Source of the DNA: Candidatus Altimarinota bacterium
GTDB taxonomy: Bacteria > Patescibacteriota > Gracilibacteria > 1-14-2-50-48-13
Length of the DNA: 64,000 nucleotides
Direction of reading: 5' to 3'
Assembly (NCBI GenBank): GCA_046314355.1
Contig: JBKBWQ010000001.1
Coordinates: forward strand, 704,001 to 768,000
Positions 30,477 to 39,176 of the stretch are shown in pieces (the stretch's first letter is position 1; each line of letters opens with the position of its first letter). The notes under the pieces were generated by a model. That model did no database searches, was not told the DNA's origin, and saw only the letters and a program-made list of their open reading frames with translations. The translations under genes and the position numbers were made by a program.

Positions 30477-31949
30477 TTACTGTACAGTACTTCCACTTCC
30501 AGTAGCCGCTTTATTAGTATTGAGATTCTTATTTGCATTTGAAGAAGCTGTATCTGCCTTGCCGGTATAAGTCACTACTGCATTCAATGCTTTACTTGCA
30601 TTGCCTGCCTTATCGTAAGCAACTACACGGTATGTATTGTCACCTGGTCTCAAGTTCTGTATGTCAGTAGAGAGTATATACTGCCACGATCCTGATCCTG
30701 GTACAAATTTCTTTAATGTATAGCCATTTACATCTACACGCACTACTTCCTTACTTACTGTTCCCTGTAAATTAGACGTACTCTCAGAGACTGTGGATCG
30801 CGATGTCAAGACTGGAGTATTAGGCGCAGTAGAATCCTTTACAACTGAGATACTTGCGATGGTTTTCTGTTCACCATTTGCCGTAGCCTTTACACTAATA
30901 GTATTCTTTCCTTCAGTCGTCAGAGGAACTTTATACGCAACCCATGTGCCTGCGGAGATATTAATATCTGCAGCAATACTATTTACTGTTACAGCTGTGA
31001 CAGATACATCGTTAATCTCTCCTTTTACTGTTATATTTGGAATATTAAATACATCTCCAGCTTCAATATTTGTAACTTCTACACTATCTCCCTGTGTTCT
31101 AGTTTGATTAGTATTTGCATTTACAGGAAGATCACGACTCTCAGCTACTATGTTTTCACCCGCATTTGCATTTCCCTGCTCTGCACTTTCATAATTTTCC
31201 ATTTTACTATCTTCGACAATATTCCAGTCGTACCACTCACTCTTCTTTAGCTCATCTCCAATGTCACGTATAAGCGATACTTCATCCACCCCATTTCCAT
31301 TTTCAATGACACTTGGAGTTATGGAGATTTCCTTACCTTCATTGACTAGGAGCTCCTTAAGTTCTTTTCCTGAGTTATCAAAGATCTTTACCTGAATCTT
31401 TCCCTGTAATACTGATAATGTCTGACTGCCGTTTATGCTCATAATGTTTACAATTGTACCCGGCTGAATAATACTCTGAGTATTTTTTGTTTTCAGAAGG
31501 ATCTCTTTTGTATCATTAGATGCTTTTTCAAAACGAAGCCAAAGCTGTCCTTTTGCTAAATTAATAAGCTGAGTAGCAGAATTTTGCTGCTTGATAAAGA
31601 ATGTTGAATATTCTTCAAGACGTCCGTATCCTTTTCCTAACAATTCTATATATTGTCTTGATCCTGCTCCAGTAGCTAAGCCTTCCCCATGATATAAACT
31701 AGAGGTATAGTCATTTGAAAGTCTTCTTTCTTTCTCATCTAGAATGATGAATACATTTTGTGACGCAACTGTAAAACTCGCCAGTGCCTTATCTTTTCCA
31801 CCGCTTTCCGTACCATTTTCCTGATATTTTACCCAGGCGTTCACTGCTAGTATCACAAGTATTATACATAGAATACTTGTAAGAAGAGGCAATATATATG
31901 CTATAAAAGGTTTTTTCTGAATTGTTCTTCGTCTCTGTCGCATGTCCAA
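30477..31949 (-). CDS. Membrane-anchored protein with FecR-like beta domain and C-terminal Ig-like domains
   Basis: N-terminal TM helix; LAKGQLW...LSVLQGKIQV FecR-like pattern; DSTAP...AYDKAGN Ig-like repeats. Confidence 0.65.
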   Translation of the reverse strand: MDMRQRRRTIQKKPFIAYILPLLTSILCIILVILAVNAWVKYQENGTESGGKDKALASFTVASQNVFIILDEKERRLSNDYTSSLYHGEGLATGAGSRQYIELLGKGYGRLEEYSTFFIKQQNSATQLINLAKGQLWLRFEKASNDTKEILLKTKNTQSIIQPGTIVNIMSINGSQTLSVLQGKIQVKIFDNSGKELKELLVNEGKEISITPSVIENGNGVDEVSLIRDIGDELKKSEWYDWNIVEDSKMENYESAEQGNANAGENIVAESRDLPVNANTNQTRTQGDSVEVTNIEAGDVFNIPNITVKGEINDVSVTAVTVNSIAADINISAGTWVAYKVPLTTEGKNTISVKATANGEQKTIASISVVKDSTAPNTPVLTSRSTVSESTSNLQGTVSKEVVRVDVNGYTLKKFVPGSGSWQYILSTDIQNLRPGDNTYRVVAYDKAGNASKALNAVVTYTGKADTASSNANKNLNTNKAATGSGSTVQ

Positions 31950-32078
31950 AACTCCTAATAATGTAAAACAAATGTACTCTAATTATAAACCTTCGTAGAT
32001 ATTCTCAAGAGAAAAAGTAAGAGTTGACTAGGAGAAAATTGATTTGTATGGGATAACCACTCCTACATGAACACATTT

Positions 32079-33566
32079 TTAGGACAGCAAACCTAGCTCT
32101 AGACGAAGTCCATTGATATCTCTTTTCATATTTTCGTCCTTTTTCATAGCCTTCTCTACTTTGTTACATGCATGCATTACAGTGGAATGAAGCCTTCCTC
32201 CAAGCAGCTCTCCGATACGTTCAAAAGTCATGCCTAAATCCTGCTTTGCAATATACATAACTACACTTCTTGCTGTGACAATTTCCTTTTTTCTCGTCTC
32301 TCCTAGAATATCCTCTCCGGTAACATGATAGAATGGTCCTACCACATTCATAACATCTTCCACAGTTGTCGCCTTTGTTCGAGGTCCCTGGAAAGAATTA
32401 TATCCGATAATTCTCTGATTTTTATTAAGCTTCATGAGTGTAGGACCAATTGTCTTAATAGTAGGAGTTACATGAGTAAGCTCATACTGTGCAACTGCCT
32501 GCTGAAGTACCCCCTCAAGCTCTCTAATACTTGACTGCACATTGTGTGCAATAAATTCTATTACTTCATTAGAAAGTATGATTCCTCGATCCTGACATTT
32601 TGAATGAAGGATAGCACATCTCGTCTCGAAATCAGGCATAGAGACATCTACGATCATTCCCCATTCAAAACGGGACTGAAGTCTTGCTTCAAGCTGTGAG
32701 AGTTCCTTTGGAGGTCTGTCAGAACTTAGGATAATCTGCTTTTTTGCCTGATATAGTTCATTAAAAGTATGGAAGAACTCTATCTGTGTCTGCTGCTTTT
32801 GTGCAAGAAACTGCACATCATCCACAATCAACACATCTATGTTTCTATACTTGCGTCGGAGTTGATCAGTCTTATGATTACCAATAGCTTCGATAAGCTC
32901 ATTCATAAATTTCTCTGATGTGACATAGACAATCCGCTTTTTAGGATAGCGTTTGAGAATCTCATTCCCTGTTCCCTGGAGCAAGTGAGTCTTACCAAGT
33001 CCTACTCCACCATAAATAAATAAAGGATTATATGCTTCTCCCGGTGCCCTAGCTACAGCACTACATGCTGCATATGCCAGCTGTGTTTCTGGACCTACGA
33101 CAAAGTTATCAAGTCTATATTTAGGGTTTAGTACTTTACTTGTAATTCCGTCTATAAGTAGGACTTCCGTCGGCATCACGACTTCCTCATGCTGCGCATT
33201 ATGTGTATTATTATCCTTTGCCACTCCTTCAGCAATTTCCTCAGTATGCATTTGAGATATACCTACAATATCTACAGATCTTTTCTTCTGAAGATAGAGA
33301 GAACCATCTACCACAAGCCTAACGTGCTCCACTAACGGCAACTCTTCCTGTACAGATTCTTTAAGAGCCGAGAGAAATTTTTCAGCAATATTATTAAATG
33401 CCATCTCTGTCGGTACTGCTACCACAAGTGTATTATCATTAATCTCAGCAACTTCTGTATTGCGGAACCATGTGAGGAACTGACTTTTTGGAATCTTTTT
33501 CGTCAGATGCCCTAGTATGTTTTTCCACAAAGACTTTAGCTCTTTCTCATCCATGTGCATACTCAA
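32079..33566 (-). CDS. dnaA: Chromosomal replication initiator DnaA
   Basis: YNPLFIYGGVGLGKTHL, DDVQFL, EFFHTFN, SRFEWG, RELEG, HSTVMHA. Confidence 0.97.
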   Translation of the reverse strand: MSMHMDEKELKSLWKNILGHLTKKIPKSQFLTWFRNTEVAEINDNTLVVAVPTEMAFNNIAEKFLSALKESVQEELPLVEHVRLVVDGSLYLQKKRSVDIVGISQMHTEEIAEGVAKDNNTHNAQHEEVVMPTEVLLIDGITSKVLNPKYRLDNFVVGPETQLAYAACSAVARAPGEAYNPLFIYGGVGLGKTHLLQGTGNEILKRYPKKRIVYVTSEKFMNELIEAIGNHKTDQLRRKYRNIDVLIVDDVQFLAQKQQTQIEFFHTFNELYQAKKQIILSSDRPPKELSQLEARLQSRFEWGMIVDVSMPDFETRCAILHSKCQDRGIILSNEVIEFIAHNVQSSIRELEGVLQQAVAQYELTHVTPTIKTIGPTLMKLNKNQRIIGYNSFQGPRTKATTVEDVMNVVGPFYHVTGEDILGETRKKEIVTARSVVMYIAKQDLGMTFERIGELLGGRLHSTVMHACNKVEKAMKKDENMKRDINGLRLELGLLS

Positions 33567-33687
33567 ATAGGTAGATAATATTGGAAGAAATATGTAGTAT
33601 TGTTGTAATCTTTTTGGACTTCATAGGCAAGACAAAAAATTGATTAAGCGTATACAAAAAATGTTCTATAGTTTTTTAAAAGTATAC

Positions 33688-33718
33688 AAATAGAGATCTC
33701 CAGAAGAGATCTCTATTT
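33688..33718. terminator. Hairpin between the STAS gene and dnaA
   Basis: AAATAGAGATCTC-CAGAA-GAGATCTCTATTT. Confidence 0.6.
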
Positions 33719-33746
33719 TCAACAACTATATAAGAAACAATAACTA

Positions 33747-34244
33747 TTATGCAGCCTTACTTCCTGTATTATTTTCATTTGTAAACGGTATGATTTTTTC
33801 TACCTGAGCATCATTTGATGAATCTGCCAACTGCGTAGGCATGTTTGTGGTTGCCTTCTCTGTCGTACCATTATTAAGGACAGCAAGCTTTGATTCATCT
33901 ACAGAATGGAACATCTTAATAAAGTTATCAAGCCCCACAGTCCGCAAAATATCACTAATATTTTCTCTAGGTGCAGCAATGAGTAGCTCTGCTCCCTTTT
34001 CAGAAATCTTTGAAAACCAGTCGCTTAAGTACCCAATAGATTTAGAGTTCATATAATTGAGCTGGGAGAAGTCAAAAATAAATGGAGTATTTACTGGTGC
34101 ATCTGCGATAATCTTATAAATTTGAACTGCAGTGTCATCAATATTGCTCTCATCAAGTTCTCCGCGAAACTCTACTACCATAACCTTGTGATCCGGCATG
34201 TCGAGAATATCGCTTCTGAAATGTACTTCGATAGGAGTAACCAT
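33747..34244 (-). CDS. STAS-domain anti-sigma factor antagonist (RsbV/SpoIIAA-like)
   Basis: GELDESN, DFSQLNYMNSKSIG with the phosphoacceptor-position Ser, ILRTVGL. Confidence 0.85.
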   Translation of the reverse strand: MVTPIEVHFRSDILDMPDHKVMVVEFRGELDESNIDDTAVQIYKIIADAPVNTPFIFDFSQLNYMNSKSIGYLSDWFSKISEKGAELLIAAPRENISDILRTVGLDNFIKMFHSVDESKLAVLNNGTTEKATTNMPTQLADSSNDAQVEKIIPFTNENNTGSKAA

Positions 34245-34267
34245 ATAGTTGTTTTTTAAATGTAAAA

Positions 34268-34756
34268 TTATGCAGATTGGATATATTTTCTTGCTCTTAC
34301 CAGCATACCACCTTCAGGACGGTTTTTGAATTCAAGTTCATCAGTCCATCTGGCGACAATCCTTGCAAGACCTCTTCCTCTCAGACCATGTACTTCCGAG
34401 TCTGGAAGATCCTTGCGAGCATTGATAAGAACAGTAAGTTCCTTTGCGTCGATTATCTTGCCTCCATTTCCCTTGTCCTCTACGATTATCTCCAGCCATT
34501 GTGAAGGTTTTGTATAAAAGCTCAAGACAATCTCCTCGCCTGGATAAGAACCATGTTCTATAGCATTATTACAGAGTTCATCTACGATAGTCTGGAAGCG
34601 GAATGCCCATTGATCAGCAAGACCAGTAAGATTTCGTACCATTTCGAGGGTAAAGTCCCGGACGCCTGACTGGAAATACAATGCGCTTGGCATAATAATC
34701 GCTATGCGCTGTATATCAGGGTCGGATTGATAAAGCTGTGAGGTGGCTGTAATCAT
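34268..34756 (-). CDS. Anti-sigma factor/serine kinase (RsbW/SpoIIAB-like HATPase_c)
   Basis: N-box ELCNNAIEHG, G1 VEDKGNG, G2 RGRGL. Confidence 0.85.
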   Translation of the reverse strand: MITATSQLYQSDPDIQRIAIIMPSALYFQSGVRDFTLEMVRNLTGLADQWAFRFQTIVDELCNNAIEHGSYPGEEIVLSFYTKPSQWLEIIVEDKGNGGKIIDAKELTVLINARKDLPDSEVHGLRGRGLARIVARWTDELEFKNRPEGGMLVRARKYIQSA

Positions 34757-34765
34757 AAAAGAAAA

Positions 34766-35416
34766 TTAGACATGAATGGAAGACATTGCTCGTCTTCTGA
34801 CCGTGTTCCAGTCGTAGGAGAATTTGAATACTCCATAAACTTCTACTACTTCAGAGAAGGCACTCCAGGGATTATACTGGTCATACAAGAAAGAGCTGCC
34901 TCTTTCAGTAAAAGGATTATACTGTTCAACAAAAGGCGGAAGCTCTTTTTGCTTATAAGCAATCACCACTCCGCCAAATCCAAGTACTCTTTGCATATAC
35001 ATCGCACTATTTCTCACTTTTTTCTCTACAAAAAGAAATGCATCCGCTCCACTAAGCAGTTCTACATTTGTAATACCATCATCTGAAGAGAGATAGTATG
35101 GATACTTGCCTGCAAACTCCTTGGACTCCAGAGCATCATCCGCAAAAACAAACACTGGCGATACAGAGGACACTGATACGAGTGCCTCTTTAGACCTTAC
35201 AAGCATATCCTTCTCTTCCTGAGAAAGATCTTTCCAAGACTTTGTAACCACAATAGCTACAAGCAAAGTTTTTTTACTTGTAGAAAGACCAAGACTAGTA
35301 AGTAAATACTCTTTATTAGTATTTTTCTTAGTAATGTTGAGTTCTGTATAAGGTTCTTTAAGTCCTTTCACAGTGGATGGATGAAGAAAGAATGATGCTT
35401 GTTTGTGTGGAGCCAT
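34766..35416 (-). CDS. Stand-alone glycogen-synthase C-terminal-like (GT-B half) protein, apparently non-catalytic
   Basis: LSGADAFLF...FGGVVIA...RGSSFLYDQYN...WNTVRRRAM resembles the GlgA C-terminal domain but lacks PSRFEPCG. Confidence 0.55.
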   Translation of the reverse strand: MAPHKQASFFLHPSTVKGLKEPYTELNITKKNTNKEYLLTSLGLSTSKKTLLVAIVVTKSWKDLSQEEKDMLVRSKEALVSVSSVSPVFVFADDALESKEFAGKYPYYLSSDDGITNVELLSGADAFLFVEKKVRNSAMYMQRVLGFGGVVIAYKQKELPPFVEQYNPFTERGSSFLYDQYNPWSAFSEVVEVYGVFKFSYDWNTVRRRAMSSIHV

Positions 35417-35650
35417 ATGTGTTTGCTTTTTATTTGTAAGTTGTAGAGATTCGTATCTATCTGTTAATTATACCAGCATGCAATTGCTGTGTCTTACGAC
35501 TCTACTATACATTTTTTGAAATAACGTTATAGTTATCTATTTTCTCTACTCTGTATTTTATCACAAGAATACAGTTTTTGCAAATACTGTAGCGGGATTA
35601 CCTAGGTCCATACGCTTTTTAAAAATAAAGGTCGCTTTTTTTAATTTACC

Positions 35651-35679
35651 TTGACTTATAGCTCTCTGATTCATAAGAT
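35651..35679 (+). promoter_or_regulatory. sigma70-like promoter of infC-rpmI-rplT
   Basis: TTGACT-17 nt-TAAGAT. Confidence 0.6.
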
Positions 35680-35710
35680 TAGACGGTCTCACACTTTAAC
35701 TACCGAGCTT

Positions 35711-36217
35711 ATTAAAACTGCGCGAACCAATAACGAAATCCGCTCTCCAAGAATCAACTTAATCATAGGAGAAGCTGCACCAGTAGTCATGTCTATAGAA
35801 GAAGCACGACGTGTTGCCGAGGAGCAGGAGATGGATCTCGTAGAAGTAAATCCAAATTCTACCCCGCCTCTCTGTAAACTGATGGATTACGGAAAGTTCA
35901 TGTATAAAAAGAAGAAGCAGGAGCAGAATGCGAAGAAGAGTCAAAAACAGGTAGAGGTAAAAACACTGCGTTTCGGATTTCGTATTTCTGAACATGATCT
36001 CGATATCAAGAATCAGCAGGCAAGAAAGTTTCTTGAGAAAGGTAATCTCATTAAGATTCAATCCTCTGGAAAAGGACGTGAACTAGCTTATGTTGAACAA
36101 GCAAAGAAAAAAGTTGAAAAATTCATTGCAAATCTTGCAGATATAGCTACAGTGGAACAACAACCGAAGGTAACAGGAGGAAATATTCACTGTATTATCA
36201 AGCCTACGAAAAAATAA
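35711..36217 (+). CDS. infC: Translation initiation factor IF-3 (probable ATT start)
   Basis: NNEIRS...DLVEV...PPLCKLMDYGKFMY; in-frame ATT at 35711 downstream of the promoter; synteny with rpmI-rplT. Confidence 0.93.
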   Translation: MKTARTNNEIRSPRINLIIGEAAPVVMSIEEARRVAEEQEMDLVEVNPNSTPPLCKLMDYGKFMYKKKKQEQNAKKSQKQVEVKTLRFGFRISEHDLDIKNQQARKFLEKGNLIKIQSSGKGRELAYVEQAKKKVEKFIANLADIATVEQQPKVTGGNIHCIIKPTKK

Positions 36218-36244
36218 TTATTTATTCTACTCTACAAATTAACT

Positions 36245-36442
36245 ATGAAGCTCAAAACACATAGTGGTACTAAGAAAAGAGTGAAGGTCACTGGAACCGG
36301 AAAACTTATCTTCAACAAGCCATGTTCTAATCACTTGATGACTAACAAGTCTAAGCAGTCAAAGAAAAGAAATCCAAACGGAATTCTTGTATCTAAAGCA
36401 ATGGCAAAACGAATGAAGAGACTTATGCCATACGGAGCGTAA
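36245..36442 (+). CDS. rpmI: 50S ribosomal protein L35
   Basis: MKLKTHSGTKKRVKVTGTGK; synteny. Confidence 0.95.
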   Translation: MKLKTHSGTKKRVKVTGTGKLIFNKPCSNHLMTNKSKQSKKRNPNGILVSKAMAKRMKRLMPYGA

Positions 36443-36479
36443 TTTATATTTATACTTTGATTTTCTTACATAATCAGCC

Positions 36480-36824
36480 ATGAGTCGAGTAAAAAGAGGT
36501 GTCGTAACTAAGAGAAGACACAAAAAAATCATGAAGCTTGCGAAGGGATATAGAAATATACGACATTCAAGTTTCCGAAGAGCAAAAGAAACTATCATGA
36601 AGGCAGGTATGCATGCATTTGCAGACCGAAGAAAGAAGAAGAGAGTATTTAGATCTCTTTGGATTCTCCGAATCAATGCCGCAGTACGAGAGCATGGACT
36701 TAGCTATAGTGTATTCATGAACAAACTCATGGAAAAAGGTATCACACTCAACAGAAAGACTCTTTCTGAAATGGCAGTAACTCAGCCTGAGACATTTGCA
36801 AAGATTGTAGAGAGCGTAAAGTAA
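36480..36824 (+). CDS. rplT: 50S ribosomal protein L20
   Basis: MSRVKRGV...AKGY...[14 protein letters not shown]...NRK. Confidence 0.97.
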   Translation: MSRVKRGVVTKRRHKKIMKLAKGYRNIRHSSFRRAKETIMKAGMHAFADRRKKKRVFRSLWILRINAAVREHGLSYSVFMNKLMEKGITLNRKTLSEMAVTQPETFAKIVESVK

Positions 36825-36849
36825 ATTTCTCTCCGCTAAAGAATAAAAT

Positions 36850-36886
36850 TAAAAAGACCAGAGATTACAATCTCTGGTCTTTTTAT
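36850..36886 (+). terminator. Intrinsic terminator after rplT
   Basis: TAAAAAGACCAGAGATT-AC-AATCTCTGGTCTTTTTA. Confidence 0.85.
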
Positions 36887-37007
36887 ATTACACTTTTTAA
36901 AGCAATCATTGACTTTATCCTAAAAATATTCTATACACATACATCTATATTTTTACTAATTAGTAAAAATATAGATAAGATCATTAAAATCTATAAAGGA
37001 GGGTCAT

Positions 37008-37457
37008 ATGACCAATTCAATTACCTTTACTGCGGCTACGACATTAGCTTTCATTGCAGTACTCTTCTACGGATGCCAGAACTGGATTCTGGAAATGAAA
37101 TTATCGCAGTATAATCCTGCAATAATTCTTTTAATAGCATATGCGGTTATGGTACCGCTAACGCTGGCAATCTACTTTTTAGTACCTCCACCTGCTGGAA
37201 CAATCCCAGGATTACCTAAAGACAAGGATTTATACTGGACCATTGGCGCAGGTCTTCTATTCTTTCTTGCTGATATTCTCTTTGTTACAGCATATGGCAT
37301 GAAAGGTCAGAGTTTCAATATTGGTATCTTACTTATGTTTATACCAATCATAGTTCTTTTGATCAAAATGATTACAGGAGGCATAATGCCTAACGTACAA
37401 CAATGGGCTGGATATGTATTCGCTGCCCTCGCAGTTGTATTGATCTTAAAAAAATAA
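37008..37457 (+). CDS. Small DMT/EamA-like membrane protein
   Basis: About five hydrophobic helices; C-terminal QQWAGYVFAALAVVLI. Confidence 0.6.
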   Translation: MTNSITFTAATTLAFIAVLFYGCQNWILEMKLSQYNPAIILLIAYAVMVPLTLAIYFLVPPPAGTIPGLPKDKDLYWTIGAGLLFFLADILFVTAYGMKGQSFNIGILLMFIPIIVLLIKMITGGIMPNVQQWAGYVFAALAVVLILKK

Positions 37458-37522
37458 AAACATTTAACCGTGAACGCTATAAGCGCTTCACGGTTCTTTT
37501 TAGTAGAAAAATTCGAATGTAA

Positions 37523-38251
37523 TTACACGATCTCCACCCTCCCCTCCGTCGTTTTTTCAACAATTTTTGAAGACTTCAATGTTTTACGAATCTTATTATT
37601 AATATCAAAATGCAGTGCTTCAATATCCATCTCCAACACATATAATGAGACTATTCTAATCCTGCCGTGCTTGTCTACAATAAAATTTCTTAATATCTCC
37701 TCTAAGCTTTTTTCTTTTCCTACTAACGCGAACTTCAATGAAGTAAGGAGATTTTGGATAGTACATGCATAGGTGATAGACTGCGAAGCCTCCTGGGTCT
37801 GCAATACTTTAAATGCTCCCATAAGCATCCTTTTAAACTGCAGCTGTAAGTCCTCACTATCTGTTAGGTCACTCAGAGACAAATGTCTGCCTGGGATATA
37901 TTCCTGTTTTATATAAAACAGTTCCGGATCTTTTTGGAAAAGCACAACTTCAGTAGTTGGAAAGAGTATGGGATTTCGATGCTGTTCTTTATTATACTTC
38001 TGGATAGCTTCGAGCTCACTTATCACCTCTGAATAAGACATCTGTGTCTTAGGGATTTTGACTAGATAGTCTTTCTCTTTTCGAAGCAAGACGCGATAGG
38101 TGTGTGAGTGTTTTAATTCCTCTGCGCCTGACATAGCCTTTGACCTAGAAAACTCTTTGAAGAAAGTTTTAATAGGCTCAAAATCTCCATTTGCATACTT
38201 ATTATAAAAACGCCCCTTTTCTGTTAAGTACCTTTCTAAGCTATTCTCCAA
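37523..38251 (-). CDS. Hypothetical protein with degenerate protein-kinase-like fold
   Basis: YLVKIP, KQEYIPG and NFIVDKHGRIRIVSL resemble kinase subdomains II, V and VIb-VII without the catalytic Asp residues. Confidence 0.45.
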   Translation of the reverse strand: MENSLERYLTEKGRFYNKYANGDFEPIKTFFKEFSRSKAMSGAEELKHSHTYRVLLRKEKDYLVKIPKTQMSYSEVISELEAIQKYNKEQHRNPILFPTTEVVLFQKDPELFYIKQEYIPGRHLSLSDLTDSEDLQLQFKRMLMGAFKVLQTQEASQSITYACTIQNLLTSLKFALVGKEKSLEEILRNFIVDKHGRIRIVSLYVLEMDIEALHFDINNKIRKTLKSSKIVEKTTEGRVEIV

Positions 38252-38501
38252 GATGACTATTAAAATCTATTGTGACTATTTGTAAAGGATTCTAGGAAAA
38301 AGTAAAGGAGAACTTAATAAAAATGTTTATACTCTCATGAGATGAAAAAGACTCTCCATACTAGAAGTTCAGATATTGACTTATGTATATATTTTATGTA
38401 CAACACACATGTTGAGCAATTATGGCTTTCATGAATTGCGTATGCGTTTTTTGAAAAACAGTAATTGCTTTGAATATAGAAGTATAAAAGGAGAATAGAT
38501 A

Positions 38502-39020
38502 ATGTTTGCAACACCAGAAGTGTTTTCATGTATAAGATGTGGAAAAGACTTTAAGCCAGATGCCTTAAAAAGTGGGGATTATGGAATAAAGGCAAAAAAA
38601 TTAGGACTTGTATGTCAGTATGGTCATGTCGATCCTATCTATAGTGAATTGGCTTCGGTTTTTGTCATATGCACAGAAGGAGATCCAAAGAGAGTACTGT
38701 TCACAGAATCAAAAACGGGACTTAGACTTCCATACTCTTCTACTGTTAAAGATGAAGACATTGGACATGACGTTGAGATAATAACAGCTCAAAAGGTGAT
38801 TTCAAAAACTCATATCAATGAAATACTTGGAGGAATTATTGCAAGAGGTTTGGTATGCTACAGTGCCAATAAATTATACCAAGTGACAGTAGAAGAACGT
38901 CCTTTAAAATCCTCTAACTTTGCATGGTATAACGTTAATGATCTACTGAGAGAAGATCCAAGCTTAACTATAGTGACTCCTTCTGAGAGGGTAGTTATAA
39001 AGACACTATTTTCAAAGTAA
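38502..39020 (+). CDS. Hypothetical protein, Zn-ribbon plus possible degenerate Nudix-like fold
   Basis: CIRC...VCQYGH; RVLF...GLRLP; no Nudix box; followed by a terminator at 39033-39065. Confidence 0.5.
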   Translation: MFATPEVFSCIRCGKDFKPDALKSGDYGIKAKKLGLVCQYGHVDPIYSELASVFVICTEGDPKRVLFTESKTGLRLPYSSTVKDEDIGHDVEIITAQKVISKTHINEILGGIIARGLVCYSANKLYQVTVEERPLKSSNFAWYNVNDLLREDPSLTIVTPSERVVIKTLFSK

Positions 39021-39176
39021 ATGCTGTTATCTTACAACACTCAAATCATAAGATTTGAGTGTTGTTTTTATTGTTCACAAGATTATAGTATTCAATTTGT
39101 AGTAAAAAAATTTACCCCTATTATCACTGTGATAAGTCCTATTGTCCTATGCAGAATATGTCTATGTAATTTAAAC

